NCBI GenBank assembly: GCA_964401865.1 | Contig: CAYNZZ010000001.1 | Span: 1-32,000 of the forward strand | From: an uncultured Erysipelotrichaceae bacterium | Lineage (GTDB): Bacteria; Bacillota_I; Bacilli_A; Erysipelotrichales; Erysipelotrichaceae | Length of the DNA: 32,000 nucleotides | Direction of reading: 5' to 3' | Part shown: positions 9,702 through 18,345 of the stretch, piece after piece | Numbering within the stretch: the stretch's first letter is position 1 | Layout of the letters: every line of letters starts with the position of its first letter | The notes under the pieces: generated by a model | Databases searched by the model: none | Told to the model about the DNA's origin: nothing | What the model saw: the letters and a program-made list of their open reading frames with translations, nothing else | Translations under genes and position numbers: made by a program

Positions 9702-10068
9702 TTTTATCCTTTAAATCTTCGATTTGTTTTTTTAAATTAGCTATCTCATAATTTAAATTAATAATTTCTTCATTATGTTTGGAAAGTTTTAAATAAACAT
9801 AAAATGTAAAACAGTACAGTAAAAAGATATTAATCAAGAACACGGTATTAACCGGCATTTGAATGCTTAATATATCCGATACAAAAAATGTTATCTGCGG
9901 GAAAACAGATATGGCAATCATGCCGATGCCCCAAATAATCCATATCATTGAATAGTGAATATTCATTTTGTTTTTTATTACGCATCTTAGTACAAATATC
10001 AATGATATTAACGACACAGCAAATAAACCAATTTGTAATTCTAAGCCCATATATAACTCCCTTACCAC
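9694..10068 (-). CDS. DUF2304-family small membrane protein, the usual partner of a DPM1-like GT2.
   Basis: The 124-aa product has four short TM segments and a C-terminal coiled-coil-like tail (NLNYEIANLKKQIEDLKDK), with IHYSMIWIIWGIGMIAISVFPQ in the middle. It lies immediately downstream of, and overlaps, a soluble GT2, which is the typical DUF2304 context. The start could also be the ATG at 10050 (MGLELQ...). Confidence 0.6.
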   Translation of the reverse strand: MVRELYMGLELQIGLFAVSLISLIFVLRCVIKNKMNIHYSMIWIIWGIGMIAISVFPQITFFVSDILSIQMPVNTVFLINIFLLYCFTFYVYLKLSKHNEEIINLNYEIANLKKQIEDLKDKND

Positions 10069-10730
10069 TGTACAAAAACAATCGACAATATGACGCCAAC
10101 CATAAATTTTATTGATTTGAAAGGGTTTTTAAAATAGCTCTCTCCACCATCTCGTCCTTTCATTTCTACTTGAACTTCTTTGACTTTGTATCCATGGTGA
10201 ATGGTATAACACATCGCGTCAGGTTCAGCATAAAAGTTCATGCTTTCAGCAAAATCTTTTAATACATTTTTCCCTAATGCACGCATGCCACTAGTAGGAT
10301 CCGTTACTTTTACACCGGTTTTAAACCTAATAAAAAAACAAATGATTCTACTTCCAAGCATTCTTAGAGAAAACGGTTTTTTCTCATCTACAAATCTCGA
10401 ACCAACTACATAATCATAGCCATTGCTTATCTCCTTAATTAAGTCGTGCACATATTTCGGCTGATGTTGTCCATCGCCATCAATGCATATTGCACAATCA
10501 TAACCATTTTCATATGCGTATTTAAAACCAATTCTTGTTACACCAGCAATACCGACATTAATTGGCAAATCAAGAAAGTTATATTTATTATTTCTAATAA
10601 TGTTTTCCGTATTGTCGGTTGAATTATCATTTATTATCAAATAATCATAGCCAAAAGAATTGATGTCAGTTATCAATTTTTCGATGTTGGCTTGTTCATT
10701 GAATGTTGGAATAATCAATAATGTTTTCAT
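10062..10730 (-). CDS. GT2-family glycosyltransferase, dolichyl/polyprenyl-phosphate sugar synthase-like (DPM1/Ppm1 type).
   Basis: The 222-aa product carries LLIIPTFNEQANI, INDNSTDNT, CIDGDGQHQP (a D-x-D type block) and VVGSRF. It has no long C-terminal TM region and pairs with DUF2304. Confidence 0.75.
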   Translation of the reverse strand: MKTLLIIPTFNEQANIEKLITDINSFGYDYLIINDNSTDNTENIIRNNKYNFLDLPINVGIAGVTRIGFKYAYENGYDCAICIDGDGQHQPKYVHDLIKEISNGYDYVVGSRFVDEKKPFSLRMLGSRIICFFIRFKTGVKVTDPTSGMRALGKNVLKDFAESMNFYAEPDAMCYTIHHGYKVKEVQVEMKGRDGGESYFKNPFKSIKFMVGVILSIVFVQW

Positions 10731-11147
10731 AAAATATCTTATTCATTATATAACATTTTACTCGTTTCTTCATCTCAACATAAACCATATATTCAAAGTA
10801 AGCCACTATAGCACTTTATAAGGAGTTATATCTTTTATTCAAGTAATTAAAAAGGGGGATATGCATTAATTATCCGTCAAATTTTGTGTTCATAGATATA
10901 GTTTCCATTATGACTATGGTCTATATAGAAGGTAGATTTTATTTTATGAATCAAAATAATAAATTATTCATTTCTTTATTAAACTTACATTCTTCTAGTG
11001 CTAGTTTGATTCATTCTGTTAAGGATACTTTTAATCATTTTTCCATTTTAGGTTCCTTGCCAAAAAGGAAATATCTTGCCCTTTTTATTATTGTATTTCC
11101 TGTTTATCGAATAGTTACCATTAGAAAACTAATACACTTTAAATTGA

Positions 11148-12140
11148 TTAATTTGGATTGTGCGTAATAACCTTTAAAAAGATATATATTTTAATGGCGA
11201 TGCTATGAATTTTATTGTATATTTTTTTTGGAAAATGACTCATAATCTTTTCGATTCTAAATAATATAAAATTCTTTCTTTCTTTTTGAAAACACGGACT
11301 AAAGCTTTGATTTCTATACTCTAAATATTTATTTTTAATTGGACTTGTGTTTCCTACTTCCCACGGTCTTCCAAAAACACCATTTAAGCAATGATAAAAA
11401 ACAACATCTTTCTTTGATTCGCAAATTTCTGTCTCTGTATAAAATTTTTTCTTGTCTAGCTCGTACATTTTAAATGAATTATTAATTCCATAAAAGTCAT
11501 ATCCGACAAAGTAATTATATTTCGGACTTATTGGACAAATTAATTCACTTATTCCAAACGAAATATAATCTTGATCTGCCATAATAAATTTTTTATCGCA
11601 TTTTTTTATCACATCTAGTATACGAGAAGAAATATTATTACTTTTCCATTTTTTCACATCCACAAACATAGTCCCGGTATTAAAAAAACAAAAATCTTTC
11701 TCTAACTTTAAAATTTTATTATAAAAAGAATGGACACTATCTATAACACATCCGACAACACAATTGCCAATTCTTGGATTGCTTATTTCTTTCAAACATA
11801 AAATATCCGCATCAAGATACCAGGCAAAATCACATTTCATCTTATCAAAAGCATTTATTCTCCAATAAACATAATAACTACCCGAACCCCATTTGTCGAG
11901 CCTCGCTTCATCAAAATATTTATCATATTCTTTACAATCGATGTGGACTATTTTGATTCTATTATTTGAATAGTACTCTTTCAATTCTAAAAAATTTTTT
12001 GTATACTGATTTAAATCTGTTGCTATATAAAAACAAATGTTCCTATTTTTGTTATTAGTTATTACCGAAGTAATTGATGCACCTAGTTGCGGAATGTAAG
12101 AATCGTCTACAGTATAAATTATATTTAAGTCATTTTTCAT
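11148..12140 (-). CDS. GT8-family glycosyltransferase, retaining, LPS/LOS galactosyl- or glucosyltransferase-like.
   Basis: The 330-aa product has GT8 blocks: NIIYTVDDSYIPQLGASITSV, AWYLDADILCL (DxD), FFNTGTMFVDVKKW and ADQDY. Confidence 0.8.
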   Translation of the reverse strand: MKNDLNIIYTVDDSYIPQLGASITSVITNNKNRNICFYIATDLNQYTKNFLELKEYYSNNRIKIVHIDCKEYDKYFDEARLDKWGSGSYYVYWRINAFDKMKCDFAWYLDADILCLKEISNPRIGNCVVGCVIDSVHSFYNKILKLEKDFCFFNTGTMFVDVKKWKSNNISSRILDVIKKCDKKFIMADQDYISFGISELICPISPKYNYFVGYDFYGINNSFKMYELDKKKFYTETEICESKKDVVFYHCLNGVFGRPWEVGNTSPIKNKYLEYRNQSFSPCFQKERKNFILFRIEKIMSHFPKKIYNKIHSIAIKIYIFLKVITHNPN

Positions 12141-12143
12141 TAT

Positions 12144-13220
12144 TTAATTCTCTTTCAAAACGCTTTCTATCGCATTAACAAAACCAGAAACCATATGGTC
12201 CAATGTACAATAATTATCATAATAATTTTTTGCATTCATTCCCATAGCAATATATTTTTCTCTATTCGCTTTTATGTCCAAAATAATTTTGGCTAATTCA
12301 TCATCTTCTGAGTATAAGACACCATTTTCACCGTTTTTAATATTAAAAATTTCTCCTCCTGTTATCGCGTTTTTTTTGGTAATAAATGGAACCGCATAAC
12401 CCATCGATTTAAGAACACTTAATCCCGCTTGATTAGGAGATATGCAAGCTATCGCATTCATAAATGATTTAATCAGTTCATTTTCATCGTATATAGCTCC
12501 TCTTATAATTATTTTCTTTGATAAATGATTTCTATGAACAAATAATTTAACTGTTTCTAATTCAGGCCCATTTCCAATTATTTCTAAATCATCAATGTTA
12601 TTGTCTATTTTATATGCTTTTAAATAGCTATCCAAAAGTTCGTTTATCCCTTTCTCTTTGTAAAGAGTACCAATAAACAATAAATTATTACTTTTTTTAT
12701 TATCGTTATTCCATTGTTTTACCTCGATAGTATTATTGGCAACAAACATTTTTTTGTTATCTACTCCGTAATTATTATATACACCTACAGGATAATAAGA
12801 ATAAAAAATACATGCTCCAATCATTTTTAAATAATAACTAAAAATCTTTGTTATCCATTTCTTGCTATCGTAATGATTTTTATAGGAAGCTACTACACCT
12901 ATTCCGTAGTAAATGGTCTTCTGTTTTCCATAAAACAAAGAATCAAAAACCAAATTAATATATTTTAAATACGGACTGCATATTACCACATCAAATTCTT
13001 TCATTTTTTTCACGATATTTTTTTTATATATAGCAAAACCGCCAATCATTCTAATAGGGTAATGTTCGATCTTGAAATTAATTTTTTCACCATTATAAAA
13101 AATGTTTTCACTATATATTACAGTCAAATCATAATGCTCGGATATTTTATTAAAAACCGGAATATTATATCTGGTTATAGTTTCTTGTATTTTTAATATT
13201 TTAGGTTTATTCATTTTCAA
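12144..13220 (-). CDS. GT4-family (group 1, GT-B) glycosyltransferase.
   Basis: The 358-aa product has a C-terminal half typical of Glycos_transf_1: LLFIGTLYKEKGINELL, LEIIGNGPE, ACISPNQAGLSVLKSMGYAVPFIT, GGEIFNIKNGENGVLY. It overlaps wecB by 14 nt. Confidence 0.8.
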   Translation of the reverse strand: MKMNKPKILKIQETITRYNIPVFNKISEHYDLTVIYSENIFYNGEKINFKIEHYPIRMIGGFAIYKKNIVKKMKEFDVVICSPYLKYINLVFDSLFYGKQKTIYYGIGVVASYKNHYDSKKWITKIFSYYLKMIGACIFYSYYPVGVYNNYGVDNKKMFVANNTIEVKQWNNDNKKSNNLLFIGTLYKEKGINELLDSYLKAYKIDNNIDDLEIIGNGPELETVKLFVHRNHLSKKIIIRGAIYDENELIKSFMNAIACISPNQAGLSVLKSMGYAVPFITKKNAITGGEIFNIKNGENGVLYSEDDELAKIILDIKANREKYIAMGMNAKNYYDNYCTLDHMVSGFVNAIESVLKEN

Positions 13221-14304
13221 TTAATGCTTCAACTATTTTTTTGCAAGCTCTTCCATCCCCGTATGGATTGCTAGATTCAGACATCTTATTATATTCATCG
13301 CGATTATTCAAAAGTAATTTTGCTGCTTCGTAAATATTTTCTTCGTCTGTTCCAACCAATTTCAATGTACCAGCTTCGATTCCTTCAGGACGCTCGGTCA
13401 TATCTCTCATGACCAAAACAGGTTTCCCCAACGATGGAGCCTCTTCTTGTATCCCTCCAGAGTCTGTTAATATCAAATATGACCTAGCTATAAAATTATG
13501 AAAGTCAATTACTTCAAGTGGTTCAATTATGTGTATTCTTTCATTGTTCTTGAATTCTTCATTAGCCAATTTTCTAATCAAAGGATTCTTATGTATAGGA
13601 TAAATTACTTTTACATCGTTATAATCATTAACAATTCTATTCACGGCCCTAAAAATATTACGAAGCGGTTCACCAATATTTTCTCTTCTATGAGCCGTTA
13701 AAATTATTAGTTTTGAATTTTTTGCCCAGCACAATTCAGGGTGTTCATAATCTTCTTTTACCGTTGTTTTTATTGCATCTATCGCTGTATTACCCGTTAC
13801 AAAGATTTTTTTTGGATTTTTACCTTCTCTAATTAAATTCTGCTTGCTTGTTTCTGTTGGAGCGAAATTATATTTAGCTATCGCACTAACCGCTTGACGA
13901 TTAAATTCTTCTGGGTAAGGAGAATTAATATCATAAGTTCTAAGTCCAGCTTCAACATGGCCAACAGGTATCCCCATATAAAAGCTAGCGAGAGCAGTTG
14001 CGAATGTAGTCGATGTATCACCATGAACAAGAACTATATCCGGATTAACATCGCTTATTATTTCTCTGATTTTTTCTAATACATTTATTGTGATATCAAA
14101 TAAAGTTTGATTTTTCTTCATTATTGATAAATCATAATCAGGTACTACATCAAAAACCTTTAAAACTTGATCAAGCATTTCTCTATGTTGCCCTGTAACA
14201 CACACCACTGTTTCGATTGTTTTATGTTTTTTAAGTTCCTTTACAAGTGGGCACATTTTAATTGCTTCTGGACGCGTCCCAAACACTACTAAAATTTTTT
14301 TCAT
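13207..14304 (-). CDS. wecB: UDP-N-acetylglucosamine 2-epimerase, non-hydrolysing (WecB/MnaA/Cap5P type).
   Basis: The 365-aa product has MKKILVVFGTRPEAIKMCPLV, VCVTGQHREMLDQVL, DLSIM, VHGDTSTT, HVEAGLRT, TAHRRENIG and LTDSGGIQEEAPSLGKPVLVMRDMTERPEG. These are textbook WecB blocks. Confidence 0.92.
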   Translation of the reverse strand: MKKILVVFGTRPEAIKMCPLVKELKKHKTIETVVCVTGQHREMLDQVLKVFDVVPDYDLSIMKKNQTLFDITINVLEKIREIISDVNPDIVLVHGDTSTTFATALASFYMGIPVGHVEAGLRTYDINSPYPEEFNRQAVSAIAKYNFAPTETSKQNLIREGKNPKKIFVTGNTAIDAIKTTVKEDYEHPELCWAKNSKLIILTAHRRENIGEPLRNIFRAVNRIVNDYNDVKVIYPIHKNPLIRKLANEEFKNNERIHIIEPLEVIDFHNFIARSYLILTDSGGIQEEAPSLGKPVLVMRDMTERPEGIEAGTLKLVGTDEENIYEAAKLLLNNRDEYNKMSESSNPYGDGRACKKIVEALIENE

Positions 14305-14313
14305 AAACTTTTC

Positions 14314-15573
14314 CTACAAATGAAAAACACCAGGTAATTCTATTACATTATGGCAATCTAATATTATTTTGTTCTTGATTTTATCAATGTTATTTTTTAT
14401 TTCGTCATGCTTAACCATAATCACAATTAAATCTATCGCATTCAAAAAAGACTCAAAATTATGATATTGATTTTCTACTACATCATTCTTGATAAATGGA
14501 TCATACACTTTTATTGTTGGAGCCAGATGTTTTCTTTGGCTTTCCAGCAATTGCAAGGTAGGTGATTCTCTTAAATCATCTACATTTTCCTTGTACGTAA
14601 GACCATATAATCCAACACGAGCAATGTCATCAATTTTTCGTTCTTTCATTATTTCGTATATTCGTTCCAAAACAAAATCCGGCATAGACTCATTAACTTT
14701 CATAGACTCATTAACAACTTTTGTTAAATTCGGATAGTCTCCTACTAAAAACCAAGGATCAACCGATATGCAATGTCCTCCAACGCCTGGTCCTGGTTGT
14801 AATATGTTTACTCTTGGATGCATATTACATATCTTAATTATTTCGTAAACATTCATGTGATCTTGATGGCATATTTTCGCAAGTTCATTAGCAAAAGCTA
14901 TGTTAACTGCTCTAAAAGTATTTTCAACAACTTTTGTCATTTCTGCAGTACGAATGTCTGTTATAACTATCTCTCCTTGACAAAACGAAGAATATAGTTT
15001 TTTTACTTTTTCCCCTATTTTAATATCATCTGCCCCTATGGTACGATTATTATGAAATAATTCATAAATCATATTACCAGGGATTATTCTTTCCGGTGCG
15101 TGAACTAAGTGTATGTCTTCCCCAATTATAAAACCACTCGACTCAATAATTGGCCGAATATATTTGTTAATCGTTCCGGGTGAAACAGTTGATTCCACTA
15201 TCACTACAGTTCCTTTTACACATACTCTCATTATTTCTTTAATCGCAGCTACGACATAGCTGGAATCCACCTTTTTACTAAATTTATCATAAGGCGTAGG
15301 AACAGATACTATATAAGTATCTGTTCTTTGATATTCTGTGTCAAATTTGATTCCTGATGATACTGCTTCATCAAATAAATCTTTTAATCCGTGCTCTTCA
15401 AAAGTAGCGTGACCATTTCTTAGTGTATTAACCAATTCTTCATTATAATCTGTTCCAACTACTTCAACCCCGTGAGACGCCAACATTAACGCTGTCGGTA
15501 ATCCGATATACCCTAAACCTATTACATTAACAACCACTTTTTTACCTCTCATAATCTTGCGCAATGATATCAT
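14314..15573 (-). CDS. wecC: UDP-N-acetyl-D-mannosamine dehydrogenase (WecC/Cap5O type).
   Basis: The 419-aa product has an NAD-binding motif (VIGLGYIGLPTALMLA) and a catalytic Cys block (PGPGVGGHCISVDPWF). It sits adjacent to wecB. The true start may be the internal ATG at 15552 (MRGKKVV...). Confidence 0.88.
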   Translation of the reverse strand: MISLRKIMRGKKVVVNVIGLGYIGLPTALMLASHGVEVVGTDYNEELVNTLRNGHATFEEHGLKDLFDEAVSSGIKFDTEYQRTDTYIVSVPTPYDKFSKKVDSSYVVAAIKEIMRVCVKGTVVIVESTVSPGTINKYIRPIIESSGFIIGEDIHLVHAPERIIPGNMIYELFHNNRTIGADDIKIGEKVKKLYSSFCQGEIVITDIRTAEMTKVVENTFRAVNIAFANELAKICHQDHMNVYEIIKICNMHPRVNILQPGPGVGGHCISVDPWFLVGDYPNLTKVVNESMKVNESMPDFVLERIYEIMKERKIDDIARVGLYGLTYKENVDDLRESPTLQLLESQRKHLAPTIKVYDPFIKNDVVENQYHNFESFLNAIDLIVIMVKHDEIKNNIDKIKNKIILDCHNVIELPGVFHL

Positions 15574-15612
15574 GTGCTTCAGATAATATTATACACAATA
15601 TTTTACTACTTG

Positions 15613-16779
15613 TTATTTATTTCTCCACACCATCTTATTTACTACGCCAACATAAGACTGGATTATTTTAACCACTTTTGTAGATACATTTTCTTCAACA
15701 TAATCAGGAACAGGAATTCCATATTCTCCATTTTTATTTAATTCCACTGCTGTATCTACAGATTGTAACAATCCTGTTTCATCAATACCAGACAAAATAA
15801 AACATGCTTTATCTAATGCTTCAGGCCTTTCAGTACTTGTTCTTATGCATACAGCAGGAAATGACTTGTCAATACTTGTAAAGAATGAGGATTCTTCTGG
15901 CAACGTTCCACTATCTGATACAACGCAAAATGCATTCATCTGTAAACAATTATAATCATAAAATCCTAAAGGTTCATGCATAACAACTCTTTTATCTAAC
16001 TTAAATCCTGTTTCATTTAGCTTTTTCTTAGATCTTGGGTGGCATGAATATAAAATTGGCATATCATATTTTTCTGCCATTTTATTTATTGCAGTAAACA
16101 AACTATTAAAATTTTCATCTATATCAATATTTTCTTCTCGATGAGCAGACAAAAGAATATATTTCCCTTTTTCCAGATTCAATCTTGAATGTATATCGCT
16201 ATTCATTATTTCACTTAAATTTTTATGTAAGACTTCTGCTATTGGCGATCCAGTAACATACACTCTTTCTTTTGGCAAGCCGCATTCATGAAGATATTTT
16301 CTTGCGTGTTCGCTATAGGCCAAATTAACATCACTAATTATATCGACAATCCTACGATTGGTTTCTTCCGGTAAGCATTCATCTTTACAACGATTGCCAG
16401 CTTCCATGTGAAAAATAGGGACATGAAGTCTTTTAGCTCCTATTACACTTAAGCAACTATTTGTATCGCCTAGAACCAATAATGCATCAGGTTTTACTTC
16501 TACCATCAATTCATAAGACTTAGTAATGATATTGCCTATTGTTTCGCCTAAGTCTTTACCAACTGCATTCAAATATATTTCTGGTTCATCCAATTTTAAA
16601 TCTTTAAAAAAGACCCCATTTAAGTTATAGTCATAATTTTGACCAGTATGAACTAAAATAGTATCAAAGTATTTTCTACATTTATCAATAACCGCACTTA
16701 ATCTAATTATTTCTGGTCTAGTACCAACAATAATCATCAATTTAATTTTGCCATTGTTTTTAAATTTGACTTTATGCAT
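15613..16779 (-). CDS. fnlC: UDP-2-acetamido-2,6-dideoxy-L-talose 2-epimerase (FnlC/Cap5G/WbjD type). This is the last step to UDP-L-FucNAc.
   Basis: The 388-aa product is in the epimerase_2 family. It carries IIVGTRPEIIRLSAVIDKC and the FnlC-type signature VHTGQNYDYNLNGVFFKDL, plus LGDTNS, HMEAGNR, SAHREENID and VSDSGTLPEE. Its pathway partners capE and capF are in the same locus. Confidence 0.85.
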   Translation of the reverse strand: MHKVKFKNNGKIKLMIIVGTRPEIIRLSAVIDKCRKYFDTILVHTGQNYDYNLNGVFFKDLKLDEPEIYLNAVGKDLGETIGNIITKSYELMVEVKPDALLVLGDTNSCLSVIGAKRLHVPIFHMEAGNRCKDECLPEETNRRIVDIISDVNLAYSEHARKYLHECGLPKERVYVTGSPIAEVLHKNLSEIMNSDIHSRLNLEKGKYILLSAHREENIDIDENFNSLFTAINKMAEKYDMPILYSCHPRSKKKLNETGFKLDKRVVMHEPLGFYDYNCLQMNAFCVVSDSGTLPEESSFFTSIDKSFPAVCIRTSTERPEALDKACFILSGIDETGLLQSVDTAVELNKNGEYGIPVPDYVEENVSTKVVKIIQSYVGVVNKMVWRNK

Positions 16780-16806
16780 TTTATTTCTCCGTTTCTTTCT
16801 TGCGAA

Positions 16807-18345
16807 TCATTTTTTCAACAAACGATAAAACGATAAGTATATAGTGTTTTTGAAATAATCACGAACATCTTTATCAACTAATACTATCAATATATTGGTT
16901 ACACTCACCAAAATTATAATAATAATAACTTTTTCAACAAAAACAGTCAAAACATCTATACTTGGCATAAAAGTATTTATTACCAAGCTAATTAAATATG
17001 ATTCCATTATTATTATCCCGATATATTTCAAATACAAATAGGCAACCTTATGTCTGTATTCATAAAAAATACCTGTCATAACATAATAGAATTTGCCTAT
17101 CCATTTTGCAATTGTCGCAATTAAAGTAGCTATGTAAGCACCTATTAATCCATATTTTTCAATCAATACCAACGTTAAAATTAAATTAATTCCCGCCGAT
17201 ATAATTAAAGATACTTTTTCTTTAAATATATATCCACTAATCATAAAAACAGAAGAAACAGGTTCACATAAACTATCTATTAGCCTTATCAATATTAATA
17301 CAATCACTATACTTTGCGTTATTATATACTCTGCCCCTATCCATAAGGATATAAAACTATTTATCATTGTATAAAATCCCGTTATCATTATTGACACAAC
17401 GATGAACGAAACGGACGAAACTATCTTAAACACATTGAAATATCCATTCATATTATTATTTGTGTTTTTGTAATCTGCCATTATTCCTCTTAAAGAAACA
17501 GCTAGCATCGATGTAAAACTCCCCCCCATATTAAACAATATTAAATAATTCGATGTATATGCAACGGCATCCGTAGATAATTTTGCAGAAATAATTATAT
17601 TATCCATAGAAAAAAATATTAAATTGTATATTGTCGCATAAATATATTTATACATTTGAGACAAAACCCCACTGTCTTTAATCGTTTTAAAATTTGCGTA
17701 TTTTATGTTTTTCACATCATAATGTAAGTTAACCCATTTTGTTTGCATAAAATATGTAATCGACGGTACAAATAATAGTGATGCAACATACATATACTCG
17801 TTTTTAAATAATAATAAACTTCCTGTTTTAAAAACAAAACATATAAAATCCACAACAATAGTTGAAATATTTTGGATATAATTTGTTTGGCTCGCACTTA
17901 TAATTGATATTTTATTAATAAAATAATATTTAATTAGTATATTCACTATATTTAATATATATATTTCATACACAAGGATTTTATCTTGATAACCTATATT
18001 GAATATGCAATACAAAAAAGGCATAGCTACTATTGAAATAATCAATATTATCGCAGAAACAATACCGTACACAGTTTTGAAAATAGATAATTGTTTCCTT
18101 ATTTCTTTGATATCCCCGCACGTAAGAGGCTTATAAAGATTATATACTAGTATAGTTCCAAATCCGAGCTCTAACATCATTAGGGAGTTAAAAAAAGAAT
18201 TAAACAAATCTATTACTCCGTATATAGACAACGAAAAATTATCTAAAAATAATCTTTTTGAGATCAGCGAATAAAAAAGCGCCATGATTTGCATCACAAT
18301 TAATACTATAATGTTGATAATAGAATTTTTAGTCCTACTGTTCAT
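16807..18345 (-). CDS. wzx: Wzx-type oligosaccharide flippase (MOP/polysaccharide biosynthesis protein family).
   Basis: The 512-aa product has about 12-14 TM segments. The N-terminus KNSIINIIVLIVMQIMALFYSLISKRLFL is typical of PST-family flippases. The gene sits inside a glycosyltransferase cluster. Confidence 0.75.
   Translation of the reverse strand: MNSRTKNSIINIIVLIVMQIMALFYSLISKRLFLDNFSLSIYGVIDLFNSFFNSLMMLELGFGTILVYNLYKPLTCGDIKEIRKQLSIFKTVYGIVSAIILIISIVAMPFLYCIFNIGYQDKILVYEIYILNIVNILIKYYFINKISIISASQTNYIQNISTIVVDFICFVFKTGSLLLFKNEYMYVASLLFVPSITYFMQTKWVNLHYDVKNIKYANFKTIKDSGVLSQMYKYIYATIYNLIFFSMDNIIISAKLSTDAVAYTSNYLILFNMGGSFTSMLAVSLRGIMADYKNTNNNMNGYFNVFKIVSSVSFIVVSIMITGFYTMINSFISLWIGAEYIITQSIVIVLILIRLIDSLCEPVSSVFMISGYIFKEKVSLIISAGINLILTLVLIEKYGLIGAYIATLIATIAKWIGKFYYVMTGIFYEYRHKVAYLYLKYIGIIIMESYLISLVINTFMPSIDVLTVFVEKVIIIIILVSVTNILIVLVDKDVRDYFKNTIYLSFYRLLKK
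17521..17527 (-). repeat. G7 homopolymer (coding strand) inside wzx.
   Basis: The plus strand reads ccccccc at 17521-17527. On the coding strand this is ATG GGG GGG AGT, encoding MGGS. See findings. Confidence 0.9.

Noticed and set aside
11053-11070. A small hairpin, TTCCTT-gccaaa-AAGGAA, downstream of the GT8 gene, considered as a terminator.
   Set aside because: The stem is only 6 bp, and no U-tract follows it on the transcribed (minus) strand. This is not enough for a terminator call.
10886-11167. A 93-aa plus-strand ORF in the 417-bp intergenic gap.
   Set aside because: It starts at a non-ATG codon without an SD, has no recognisable motif and runs into the 3' end of the convergent GT8 gene. 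It is most likely a chance frame, so the gap is reported as a finding instead.
13207-16779. Two UDP-GlcNAc 2-epimerase-family genes flanking wecC, considered as a redundant duplication.
   Set aside because: They belong to different subfamilies with different substrates. One is WecB-type, which makes UDP-ManNAc for WecC. The other is FnlC/CapG-type, which finishes UDP-L-FucNAc. They are therefore complementary pathway steps rather than a duplication.
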